64,000 bases of DNA from Asterias rubens (Eukaryota): assembly GCF_902459465.1 (NCBI RefSeq), contig NC_047068.1:20088001-20152000 (forward strand), read 5' to 3'. Below, one piece after another: positions 48,651 through 60,885 of the stretch (position 1 is the first letter of the stretch; every line of letters starts with the position of its first letter). A model generated the notes under the pieces. The model worked only from the letters and a program-made list of their open reading frames with translations, was not told where the DNA came from and did not search any database. Made by a program: the position numbers and the translations under genes.

Positions 48651-50203
48651 AATGTAATACTTCGGATGTGAGCGTTATAAGCTCAGGGCCACGTCAACCA
48701 TGGAGACAGTGTGTGTCAATCAGCAGAAGCGTCTAGACGGACATGATCTGACACTAGACACTGCCTGATCGGCGGTGAAAAAGGAAACATTGACTTCAAA
48801 CTCGTCGAAGTTGATGGCTTGCGGGGAAACAGATAGCCTTCGGTTACCAACTGATGATGATCAAACATTTGAGCTATCGGACATGAACTTGCAAGAAGAA
48901 GATGGGTGATAAAATGTCAGATGGTAGTGACAAAAAGTTAGCACGTAAGTACATTTTCTGACGTTTGTTTGAGTTCGATATCATAAGCACCTTGGCTTTG
49001 CAAAAGGAGTAATACGTTGTTATGCTTTAATTTAACATCGTAAAATCACTTTCAGCGTAAGTCCGAGTACATGTGCTTGTTTTGCGCTCATGTGAAATGA
49101 AATATTGTTTTTGTTTAGTGTTTTTTTTGTTTGCCCTTCGTCGAAGCTACTGTACTCTGACGATTGTACATAGTGCTCTTAAAGGATAGCATTTGTCTAA
49201 ATAAATCAATAAATAAGGCTATAAACCAACAGTGCAATGATCTCACTCTAAAACAATACATCAATTGCGGTCCCCTAGAAGTCGTGCTTTCTTTCTCATC
49301 AATTGAGTTTTTAGTTCATCTAATGTGACGGCGTGCTATGGGTGACGTGGCGTGAAATGCAGACAGCATGCATGAACTGACAGCCATTTCACAGATTCAC
49401 TCGTGGTTTTACGGAACAAAAACAATGAGGTAGTTATCTTTTATAATACAGAACCAACGGTGAATTTACAAATATGGCTTCGGTTTGCCTGATTACGTGC
49501 CAGGACGTGCATTCACACACAAAAATTGAAACAAAATTATGTTTTTGATGACAAAAGCTGCATTCAAATCGAATCCATGCGACGTTCGTCTGAATGCATC
49601 TTTTGTTACACATCAAATTAATTTACTAGATACTCATTTTCCTATGTGTTTCAGCGAGGCACAATGACGACCTAATGGATTTTGCTTTGCGAATACGTTT
49701 TCTGAGAAAAACGTTTTCTGCTGAAAGGTTTCTTTTAAAAACCAACCCTGATGGATGACAAGCTTTTGATATTTAACTAGATCGATAACTGCGTGTACTG
49801 TTTATATAACCCAACAATGGAAGTCAACGTCTAAACCACTTAACCCTCTACACTTGCTTCTAAGATCGACAAAGTACTCTTATCTATTACAGGTACGGTC
49901 TGACTGAAACCTTTGTTACAGCCCTGGACGCCCATTGCCACTATCGCCAACGCCACTATCTCCCTCGTGCTCAACCTAGAACTTTGAATGGTAACGGCAA
50001 CAAACGGTCTTCCCGCAAATGCATTTCCTGGTCTTTGCGTTCATACGTACAACACACTCTTGAATAGATCACAGAGAAAGGGCCACGGACAAAGATTGAA
50101 CCTTTTAAAGAAACACTTTCAGGGGCACTTCTCTGCAGCTATGTAAATCGTCCTTGTATTTAATAACATGGCCCGTCGTGTGCAAAATATAAGGGGAAGC
50201 CGT

Positions 50204-50575
50204 TTAAAGGGAAGGTACACGTTTGGTAATATACTCAAAACAAATATTAAACTTAAAAAACTTACTTGGTAACGAGCATTGGAGAGCTGTTGATAGTATA
50301 AAATATTGTGAGAAACTACTCCCTCTGAAGTAACGTCGCTTTTGAAAAAGAGGTAATTTCTCACTAAAATAATAAAATACTTCTAGTTGAAAGTCTCTGA
50401 TTCACATCTTAAAGCACAGACATTAAGTGTGTGTTTTTCTTTCATTATTATCTCGCAACTTCGATGACCGATTGAGCTGAAATTTTCACAGGTTTGTTAT
50501 TTTATGCATTTGTTGAGATACACCGAGTGAACAGACTGGTCTTTGACAATTACCAATAGTGTCCAGTGTCTTTAA
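50204..50575 (-). mobile_element. Family A MITE, subtype with variant terminus
   Basis: TTAA|AGGGAAGGTACACGTTTGGTAAT at one end and CCAATAGTGTCCAGTGTCT|TTAA at the other. Confidence 0.8.
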
Positions 50576-51011
50576 CCCTCAGACACTGATTACTCTAATC
50601 AACTGTCATACCCTTCCGCCAACAGCTTGGCGTGAACAGAAAAAGAGATACATTGATGCGAGACCCAAGGAATACAAACAGAGTTATTAGTGTCGTCAGG
50701 ATCGGCAGGAGCTATAACAAGAGGCGCCTTCTTTTGTTGCTTTCTCGACCCCGTGATCGATCAAGCATATGATGATGAGAATCCGGGGGAGGGATGCAAA
50801 TTGATAAAAGAGCAGCAGGGGACTAAGAAATTATAGAGACGACAGAAGACCAAACGGCACACATTTGGCTTAAACCTAAGTTTATTTGTGTTTACTGGCA
50901 CACAATGACAGTGTGAACGGTGCTGGCTGATTTAAACCCTTCAATTATGAAGGGGACAGGCCATTAATTATTTTGTGCAATAGTTTCGTAAATATTGGCT
51001 TTTCAGAGTAT

Positions 51012-51105
51012 CAATTTTCCCAGATTTGCTATTGTGTGCATATGTTTGGTACACCAAGTGAGAATACTGGTCTTTGACAGTAACCACTCGTGTCCAGTGC
51101 CTTAG
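51012..51105 (-). mobile_element. Family A MITE end fragment
   Basis: CACCAAGTGAGAATACTGGTCTTTGACAGTAACC...GTGTCCAGTGCCT. Confidence 0.65.
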
Positions 51106-52441
51106 ACTAAGTTACTGGATTTGGACGCACTTAGCACAAATTTAAAACATACACACAACAAAATATGTAAAAGGATTTACCAAAGGTATTTTAAGAACTA
51201 CACTTACAAAGCGTTACTCACATAACATACTTCAAATGTATGTTAGAATTAAATTCACTTTCAATGGCAACAAAATGTACACCAGATTCCCCGATTGTCT
51301 ACAAAAAAATATATAACTGATAGTGATAGCTTCAAATCCAACAAATCAACGTAGATTTGTCAATTCAAACCGCAAACATGTCTGAATATGTCACTGTTTC
51401 AAGAACTAAGGCTCCAACCTCAAACGCTTTGATGTTTTTGGCCCTATGGGTATTGCATTAACTCAATTGAACCTATCCCCATCGCATATACTCCTTCCTA
51501 CGACATACTCGGGTTACATCAATATACGTCCCATCCACACTTCAACTTCTAATCCAGAGCCCCTTCAGTGCAATGTGCTCAAACATCTCCAACAAACAAA
51601 ACACACGGTTTCATGTGAATCTCCTTGCGGATAAGGACGGGGGCCAGTCTATGATGATAGTGGCTATGATAACGATCGGGGTGGGGACAACGATGACGAT
51701 AGTGACGTCGACAGCGACGATGACATTGGTAATGACAAATGTGGTAGTAGTTATGGTGGAAGTTGTGAGTTTCGATGAAGAGATATAAAATGATAATTTA
51801 GAAAGTTGGCAGAAAGTTGACATTGGGTAAATTGAACCATTAACTCCATCGCAACTGTCTGGTTTAAAATAAGAGTTTTGTTTTCGTTTTCCAGTGCTGA
51901 TGGTTAAAATCTCCAGCATCTGCACTACCGCAGATCTCATCATGCCTATTATAGGATCACAATTAGCCTTATCTGAAAAGTTTCATAGTGCAGCTGCAAA
52001 ACAGTTCACTACCCTTATTCAGTTTCAACCTATAAAACATTCATGTTCGCAGGTAAAACCAGTCGGGCAGAGAGGGGGCATGTCATGGCGCGGAGTTCAA
52101 GCTTGAGAGGGGACGGTGTTTGGTTACAGTGTTGAAGTGTGAAATAGGATAGACGGGGGAGAAATCTAGAGAAGACCCGTACCCCCAAAGGTTCATCTCC
52201 TGTCAGTCCTTGGCAGACAGGGGGCGAAATCACATTAAAGCTCCTTGTTAGGGGATCATGGCGTCACATTAGTTTCGAGGGACGTCATACACGCGCCATC
52301 ACTCGTAGACGGTTAACATTAGAACAGTCAGGGGTGCAAAGTTAGATAACACTTTCATCACATCCTCGGGGACAAGGATACACCTTCGTCTGTTCATAAC
52401 TCTCATGTGGTTAAGGTTTCTCAAAATGCCGGTACCATCAG

Positions 52442-52591
52442 GGGTCGATTTCACAGAGAGTTAGGCCTAGTCCTAACTTAGGACATAGTCCTTGGAGGTA
52501 TAAGAAACGTATGGCTATAGTCCTAAGTTAGGACGATTAACTCTTCCTAACTCGAGATAAGACTAGTCTTAACTCTTTGTGAAATCCACCC
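52442..52591. mobile_element. Harbinger-type MITE family H2, complete
   Basis: CAG|GGGTCGATTTCACAGAGAG ... CTCTTTGTGAAATCCACCC|CAG, a 3 bp CWG duplication. Confidence 0.85.
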
Positions 52592-52678
52592 CAGCTTCAA
52601 TAACTTGCATGGGCTAATTCCTTTTTAAATATCAAGTCGGTTTAGTAATTAGAACATATTTCTTTACCGTTTTGCCAA

Positions 52679-53070
52679 AGCCAGTATTGGCACGATTGGC
52701 CCCGAAAAGGTTTTCTATATGACACCATTTTGACAAAAATGGTGTGCAGCTACAAAACCAGTATTGGCTCAATGAGAGGTTTTCTGCCTGTTTTCCCAAA
52801 TGGTGTGCCACAAAACCAGTATTGGACCACTGCAGGTTTTCTACCACTTTCCCAAAATGGTGCACCGCTACAAAACCAGCATTGGCCCATTAAAGGTTCA
52901 TCTTTTTGCCGAAACGGTGTGCCGCACAAAACCAATATTGGCCAAGACAGGCAAACCTCCGTCCTAACTAAAATAGTTTGCCTCTATAAAACCGACATTG
53001 GCCCAGTGTGGGCACTTTACTAGCAAGGACATGACGCTTGACCGGAAGAAGGCCAGCACTGGCCCAATTC
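52679..53070. repeat. Diverged ~58-61 bp tandem repeats
   Basis: The motif CAAAACCAGTATTGG(C)CC...GGTT...AAATGGTG(T)GC recurs about 6 times. Confidence 0.8.
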
Positions 53071-53189
53071 TGGCTCAATATCATCATCATAATTAACGGC
53101 ACCGTATCGAAACTCGACGCCGGTACATGCCACCATTGGCCCGATACTGTATTGTTTGTTAGGCTATAACTGAAAAAAGGTTTGAACAT

Positions 53190-53745
53190 AGGTTGTGAAG
53201 TTCTTGGGATATTGTCCCACTTCCGGTTGACCTGGAAGTAGAGCTAGGTCAATATGGGGGCCAAATTTTGTTAAGGTTAATCCTTAATGCTCAAAGAGTC
53301 TCTAAGTAAAAAAGGGTTTGAAAATTAGTGGTGTAGTTCTTGAGGTATGGTCCCACTTCCGGTTGACCCTGAAGTAGAGGTCAACATGGGGACACATTTT
53401 TCAAAGTTAATATTTAACACAAAGGAGTGTGCAACTGAAAAGAAGTTAGAAAATCAGTTGTATAGTTCTTGAGATATGGTCCCATTTCCGGTTGACCCGG
53501 AAGTAGAGGTCAACATGGGGTCGCGGAAACTTGAACAAGTTTGAAATAGGTTGTATAGGTCTTGAGATCTGGTCCCAATTCAGGTTGACCCGAAAATAGA
53601 GGTCAACATGGGGTCACGGTTTTCCAAAGTACAAATTTAAAAGGAGTCTATAACTGAAACAAAAAATTAAGATTGATTGTGTAGTATAACTGAAACAAAA
53701 AATGGGCCAACTTCCGGTTGACCCGGAAGTATACTTCTTGAGATA
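53190..53745. repeat. Five ~95-136 bp units with a palindromic ACTTCCGG-TTGAC-CCGGAAGT core
   Basis: Cores at 53219, 53355, 53484, 53579 and 53710 (perfect in the last). Most are followed by AGAGGTCAACATGGGG. Confidence 0.85.
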
Positions 53746-54594
53746 TGGCGCTCTACTAAGATTTACTAATTAAATATGCAAATGAAGATCACAAGGTTAA
53801 TTAATTAATAATTTAAAACAAAATTACGTTTAGAGTAAAGCTTATTTTCAAGCTTCAATTATATATAAGATTTAACTCTTTTATCTTTATACTTTATACA
53901 CCCCCCCCCCCCTAAATTAAGAACTTTATATAGTACGTTTTTCGCTTTGGATTCAATTAATACGTGTCTCTCCGTTTATTACAAGGAAATATTTGTATAA
54001 TACTTTACCTAGCCTTTTATAAAACGTGTTGAGTGCGTCCCGGTCTGTGTTTGTCCATCACATTCATGATGCACATAATATGTGTTTTCCATCAAAACGT
54101 TTTTTGTGTTGTCATAATGTTCTCACCTCCGGGTCTGTTTACACAGGGCTACTTGTATGATTTCAGATTTCCCCTTACACACAAAACTATCGGTAGAGAC
54201 TCTGGTTCAAAAACATTTCCCTTCACTGAATATAAATATTTGTATTTCCCCGGCATACACCATTTCCGGAAGACGACAACCAATTGTGGGACATAGATAA
54301 CCCTTCCACACCCTCTCCTACCTATTTGTTATTATTATTATTATCTTTTTAGAAAGAGCTGATTAATTTGATGTTTGTTGCATTCCCCCTTACATAGTTA
54401 TACAATGGTACTCTTCTACAAATGTTTGGCAAGTCAGTCAACCCGCTGGTGAGTGTAATTTATTCCTCCATGGTGGTGTGAACTAGAAAATAACAACAAC
54501 TAATATCCACAATCTACACAATCATAGGTTTGAAGTAGGCCTGCACCGACCGGACGCAAAATTCGGATATCCCAAAATCCCATCACCGGTTGCA

Positions 54595-55140
54595 AAAGTT
54601 GACCGATTGCAAAAAGCCACCACCGATCCCTAAAGTTGACTGATTGCAAAAAGCCACCTCCGATCCCTTAAGTTAACCGATTGCAAAAAGCCATCACCGA
54701 TCCCTAAAGTTGACCGATTGCAAAAAGCCACCACCGATCACTAAAGTTGACCGCATGCAAAAAGCCATCACCGATCCCTGAAGTTGACCGATTGCAAAAA
54801 GCCATCACCGATCCCTAAAGTTGACCAACTGCAAAAAGCCACCACCGATCCCTAACGTTGACCGATTGCAAAAAGCCACCACCGATCACTAAAGTTGACC
54901 GATTGCAAAAAGCCACCACCGATCACTAAAGTTGACCACCGATTGCAAAAAGCCATCAACGGTCGTGAATATGCATGACCGATCGCTATATACCATCACC
55001 GATCATGAATATGCATGACCGATCGCTAAAATGGACCACCGATCGTGTTTATCACCGCTCGCTAAAGTTGATCACCGATCGCATAGGACCACCACCGATG
55101 ACAAATTTGATCACCGGTTGCAAAAGACCATCACCGATGA
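54595..55140. repeat. 37 bp minisatellite (~10 units) decaying into shorter CACCGATC-containing units
   Basis: Unit AAAGTTGACCGATTGCAAAAAGCCACCACCGATCCCT, period 37 from 54595 to ~54960, then degenerate. Confidence 0.95.
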
Positions 55141-55164
55141 TTAAATGCCTCTTTGGCTTTCCAT

Positions 55165-56502
55165 ACGGTCCGTAGTTAGCTCTGGTGTTCCTCAAGGAAG
55201 TGTTCTTGGGCCTCTGTTATTCAATTTATTCATCAATGATATATGTTACAACCTCAGTTCTAACTGTGTTCTTTTCGCTGATGATGTATTAATTTATCGT
55301 CCAATCCGTTCCTGTTTAGATGTAAGTTCCCTCCAGCATGACCTCGATGAGCTAAGCACTTGGAGTGTTTCCAATGGTATGACGTTCAACCCTACAAAGT
55401 CCAAAAGCATGCATATTTCCCGTAAACACTCTCTCGACCCCCTGTTTACACTCTTTCAGGTTTTCCTGTGCAACCCACATCCTCTGTCAAATACCTTGGA
55501 GTCACTCTGAATGCTCAGCTCGCTTGGAATAACCATGTAAAAAATGTTGTTTCAAGTGCCAATAGAACATTGGGCCTCATTAAGACCATTACTTTCAATT
55601 ATTCTGTTTCAGCTAAGTTCTGTCTTTATAAATCCCTAGTTCTCCCAATTTTAGAATATGGCATGCCAGCTTGGCTCCCTCATACATCTCTCCAGACTCA
55701 GGCCCTCGAACGGGTACAAAAACGTGCTACTCGGTTTATTCTTGGGCAGAGGATGGGTGAGATGTCCTACCCCGATAGACTTAAGTCCCTCAACTGGTCG
55801 TCTCTGTCAATTCGTCGTAATTTTTCTGTTTTGTATTTTATCATTAAGTGTAAGTTTAACCTTATTCACTGCGATGTGTCAGACATCATTTCTGTCAACC
55901 ATAGATATCCTAATGTTCTCACCTTCAAACACCTGTATGCTAGAACCGATGCTCTGCACTTATCTGCTCCTCATCTTTTTCCCAGACTTTGGTCTAGTTT
56001 GCCAGAAAACATTCGTAATTCACTACTGCTCTTGCCCTTCCACAGCTTTCTCAAATCACTTAGATTTTCTGTCTGTCAACCTCATGAATCTACTGAATAG
56101 TAGCTTTAGCCCTATCACTTGTGCAATATTTCAAGTCGTTTTAATTTATCTACAAGTTTAGGTTTTATTAATTTATTTATTTCCCTTTATTGTTTATCCT
56201 TACCCCATCTGTTATTTTTACTTATTTATTTATTTTTAATTTAATTTATTTTTTATTCTTAATATATATTTAGCATTTTCTATTGATTTTTAATTTTCTG
56301 CTTTTATTATTGCATTGTGTACTATATTAGGCTATGTTAAATCTATATTAATTTTATTGTGTACCCCAGATGTGGGGCAACAGATCTACGGATCATAGTA
56401 TGTATTTGCTTTTGTTGTCCCTTGCCCATCTTGGGGTATAATGTTGTCAATGTATTTTGTTTTGTACTGTTATGGCGAATAAAATAATAATAATAATAAT
56501 AA
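55165..56502 (+). mobile_element. 5'-truncated CR1-clade LINE: RT domain C-half, 3' UTR and (AAT)n tail
   Basis: SGVPQGSVLGPLLFNLFINDI, CVLFADDVLIY, LQHDLDELSTW...MTFNPTKSK; after one frameshift (~55460), KYLGVTL...WNNHV...ANRTLGLIK...YKSLVLPILEYG...LERVQKRATRFI. It terminates with AATAAA(AAT)n at ~56480-56502. Confidence 0.92.
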
Positions 56503-56859
56503 TACGCGAAGACCTTATCAATTGCCACATGCATGCACATTTCATATTCGACCCCAATGAGAGTGGCCTTTGCATGGGACATTCAAAATGGACGACGTGT
56601 TTTTACAAACTATAATCTGTATTTTGGTAACCTCAATGATATTACAACGCGATGAAACAAAGGGGAAAATAACTGAAGTGACATTAAAAAATATTAGGTA
56701 GGCCTAAATCTAATTATGATGATAAGTTTCAGTGCGTGGTTTTTTGTTTGTGTTGAGTTCATATCAGACTACCTTATGGAGTCCGAGAACACAACAGACA
56801 ATAGAACACAAAAGGTATCAAAGGGCGAGGTTTAAAAATCAGGGTGCTCATCCAAATAT

Positions 56860-57070
56860 CAAAAGACTTCAGGCCTGAAGCCTTTTATGAGGCATCTGAA
56901 AGCACACACATTTGTGCAACAATGGTGTTTTTTCTGTCATTATCCTCTTGCAACTTCGATGACAAATAACCGAGTCCATATTTTCACGGGTTCGTTATTT
57001 TATGCACATGCGATACACCAAGTGGGAAGACTGGTCTTTGTCAATTACCAAATGTTCCCAGTGCCTTTAG
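56860..57070 (-). mobile_element. Family A MITE, partial old subtype
   Basis: AAAGACTTCAGGCCTGAAG interior and terminal ...AATTACCAAATGTTCCCAGTGCCTTTA. Confidence 0.7.
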
Positions 57071-58500
57071 GGCAATAGTTTTCATGTATTTAATCTCAAC
57101 TGATGCTGAAATGCGTCCTAGATTCACACTAACAAAAGTAACCAGATAGTTGCCCGATACAGCAATTTAATTATTATATTAAAATACAAATCTTATAATC
57201 ATAACCGCTCTCATCGCGTCCTATTGTGTTCCTACATCTAATGTCTTTCAGCCCAGACAAGAAAACATTTCAAATCCTTTCAGCGCAAACTGAGTGTGCG
57301 GAAACTAATTATATCGAAGAAAGGGTGCACAAAATGCATTTACAAAAGCTGTTTCATACACTGCCAATAAACTAAAGATTTTCATGTTCGCCATGCAGTT
57401 ATTTCTGTTCATAGAAATTATCAAGATATGCGAATATTATTTTTATATTAAAATATAAATCAATGTATTCATAACCGCTCTCATTGTGTACGTTAGCTCA
57501 AAACAGGAAATATTTCAAATCCTTTTAAAGAAAACTGAGTGTCCACGGAAATAAATTCAATTTGGAAAAAATAAAGCAAAACCAGCATTAAGAAGCAGAA
57601 AACAAGATGGGGCAATTTTGATAAGCAGGCAGACATAAAACAAGTTTTCAAATAAAAAGACAAAGAGAAATGCAAACGATAGGACGGACGAACACTAGAC
57701 ATGACAGGTACACTGACACAAGTTATCAGAGATAACACAACAAATGCATAATACTAGCAACAAGATGGCAAAACAGTTCAAGAAGCGCCGGAACAAAATA
57801 AATAAAAAGAGTGATTAATAAATGATGTGATTGAATTAATTGAGCGCGCATTTTAATGGTTTTGATACCAAGTTTGTGGCCATGACATGAATCCCTACTC
57901 ACTGTGAGTGACGATGTATGTAACGAATTTATATTTTTCCTGTAGAAGTTGCAGCTTCAATAGTCGTCAACTTTTGAGAACAAAATTTAAAATCACAGAG
58001 CATTTTTTAGGAGAGTCACGTAAATCCGTTGTACATGCTTTAATACTGAGACGAAAGTACAAAAAGAATCCAAACAATATTACAAGACGAACGAGATGGA
58101 CACCATAGCTCCAGAAATGCGGAAGCTATCAAGTAGGTCTTTAGAGATAAACATTTCGATAACAATTTTAAAGAGGGGGGGGGGGGGGCTGCCTGAAAAG
58201 AACGAACGCAACGTTGAAGAGAAGCGAGTACACGTGTTCATATTATGACCCTTTTACACGTTGCCTGGCTAGGCCTAGAATGGATACGTGAGCGGGTTAA
58301 GCGGTGCGGACATCTCTAGCGGCATCGGGCCTTGGGACGGGACACTTGTGTCATTTCAGTGAGACACCTTCAACGAGAGAAGATGCTGCTGCAGATATAT
58401 TGAAGTTGCACTTTTGTTCTATCACAAAAGTACAGTTTACAAGTGCATCTCTCGTATAAGATCAGTATCTTTTGACTCACGACCACGCTCAACCAACAGT

Positions 58501-58971
58501 TTAAAGCAACAGTTTAAAGCAATTTGGTAATTGTTCAAAGACCAACATTCTCACTTGGTGTTTCCCAACATTTGCGTAAAATAACAAATCTGTTAAAATT
58601 TTGACTCAATTGGTCGTCGAAGTTGCAGGAGAATAATGAACGAAAAAACAACCCATTGCTGCCTAAAAACTTCAGGCCTGAAGTATTTTATTATTACATC
58701 TCTTTCTCAAAAACTACGTTACTTTAGATGGAGCCAATTCTCACAATGTCGTATACTATAAACAGCTATACACAAACCTTTTTGACGTATGGCGGACGTG
58801 AGAGGAGTGTACCGTTTGGTTTGGGTGTATACACCTAAATTTACCCAAACCTTATAGTGTTGTAGCATTGTGTCCGCCATACCTCAAAATGGCTTATTGC
58901 TCGTTGCCAAAGTAAGTTTTTATGCTACAACTATTTTGAGTATTTACCAATTGACGGTTTCAGTGCCTATA
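58501..58971 (+). mobile_element. Family A MITE, diverged, with a ~120 bp internal insert
   Basis: The family body is interrupted at about 58770-58890 by unrelated sequence. Confidence 0.65.
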
Positions 58972-59186
58972 AGGCAAAATGTCAAAATCGGAGAGGTAGA
59001 GATTTCAAGAAAGTTAATGGATCACATTGACTCAGCTTTTGTTATCGATCTTGGAAAACAACCGTTGTTTGCCGATGTGACAACATAACGTATATTATTC
59101 GACCAAGCCCCTCGAACTATAGGCCTATGTGGAGGTTCGTTTGCTCAGGGTCATGGGATGTGCTTTACGTTTTAAAGGGGTGTGCC

Positions 59187-59543
59187 TTAAATGCAGTGGA
59201 CACTATTGGTAACTCTTAAACCTTACTTGTAACGAGTAATGGGAGCTGTAATGGGAGAAGTAAAAACGGTGTGAGAAACGGCTCCCTCTAAAGAAACGTA
59301 GTTTTCGATAAAGAAGTAATTTTCCACGAATTTGATTATAGACCTCAGAATTAGATTCTGAGCATCTGAAAGCACACAACTTTGTGTGACAATGGTGTGT
59401 GTTTTTTCTGTCTAAATTATCTCGCAACTTCGACGACCAATTAAGCTCAAATTTTCACATGTTTATTATTTTATGCATATGTTGAGATACACCAGTGAGA
59501 AGGCTGGTCTTTGACAATTACCAATAGAGTCCAGTGTCTTTAA
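59187..59543 (-). mobile_element. Family A MITE, full-length diverged
   Basis: TTAA-flanked, both TIRs present. Confidence 0.85.
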
Positions 59544-60544
59544 AGAATAATTACGTACATTTGTTCACGGGCAATGAACATGAATTCTTTCTAAAGAGTT
59601 TTAAGAGGTAAAATCTGTGTTTATCCTAAAAATTATTGTGTCTGACTTCGTGAAAAAAAGATCGTCAGCTTTGTTGAATTTTATTATCCAAGTCTAGGGA
59701 GTGTGACATTCGGATGCTTTGAAACTGTAATTTGATCGTTGAATGACAATTGAAATGAAAACACATAAGGTAGTGTTAAACAACAACACGTATCTCATCA
59801 AAAATACCATAACAAATCTATACAAAATAACTAAACGAATTACCCGATTCTGTGACTTACTTGTGTGACTTTTCCCTGCCAATTATGAACGCGATCAATA
59901 CAAATTAATTTCACTTATTGTACGTTAACTTATAACCTCGAACCCTTTGAATAACCAAAATCACTTCATCAACAAAATTCAAAAGCAACGAAATGACCTT
60001 CTTCGTGGTTAAGTGAAAAACGCAGCAGAACGAATCGGTTACAAAAGGTCTGGTTCCCTGGCCTAGTTATTATGTCAATAATTGTTCACTGGACGGTACT
60101 AAGCAATCAATAATAGTTCTCTAACAGATAGAATACCGTTACTGTGCCGACAGCAAACAAGTCATCCGTACTGTTGTGGATATGGAGGGGGAAAAAGGAG
60201 GGAGAAATCATTAGGCTAAGTCGGGCATGAAGTATTTGCCTCCGTCTGTTGGCTAACCATGTTCGGATGAAGTGTTTGCATTGATCACGAGTAGTACGGT
60301 GTTTGGACTACAAACTTGAATTATATACTGGTTTGATGTTTATAAATGGACCGTTACAACCGCATATGCATTTAATAATATAGGTTGAAGATTTCAAGCA
60401 TGGGAAGGTGGGGGTGGGACGCTAAACGCACCGGTGCTTAACGAGTACACGCCTGATTTATGTGTGCCCTTACACACCACAACGTATGGGGTACTTTAAA
60501 CAACGAACAATGCTACCCAATCTTCAGAAAAGGGAATAATTGGC

Positions 60545-60885
60545 AACACGTTCTGACACCAACCCAACCCTATGTACCTCTATCCTAAGCCAAAAACATA
60601 ACCACCATGTCACTTCCCTTACAGAAATGTTTCCACCCAATCCCACGTCTGCAACCAAGCACCCCGATCTCTCCAGTACCATGGGATCCTGGGAGTTTGG
60701 TCAGGCCTTCCTGACACGTCTCACACTTCCTAACACTTTCTGGCACCAACCACAAACCTCTACTCTAAACCGTAACAACACCAACCCCATGTCACTTCCC
60801 TGACGGAAGTATTTCCACCTCATCCCACTACTGCAACCAATCACCATATCTCTCCAATACCATGGGATACCGGGAGTCTGGTCGG
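60545..60885. repeat. Diverged tandem duplication, period ~182 bp
   Basis: CATGTCACTTCCCT...CCATGGGAT.C.GGGAGT.TGGTC at 60606 and 60788. Confidence 0.85.

Noticed and set aside
54595-54960. CRISPR array (37 bp period)
   Set aside because: Head-to-tail repeats without spacers.
58320-58365. tRNA gene or tRNA-derived SINE head
   Set aside because: GGGACACTTGTGTC resembles SINE sequence, but no A/B boxes or cloverleaf could be built.
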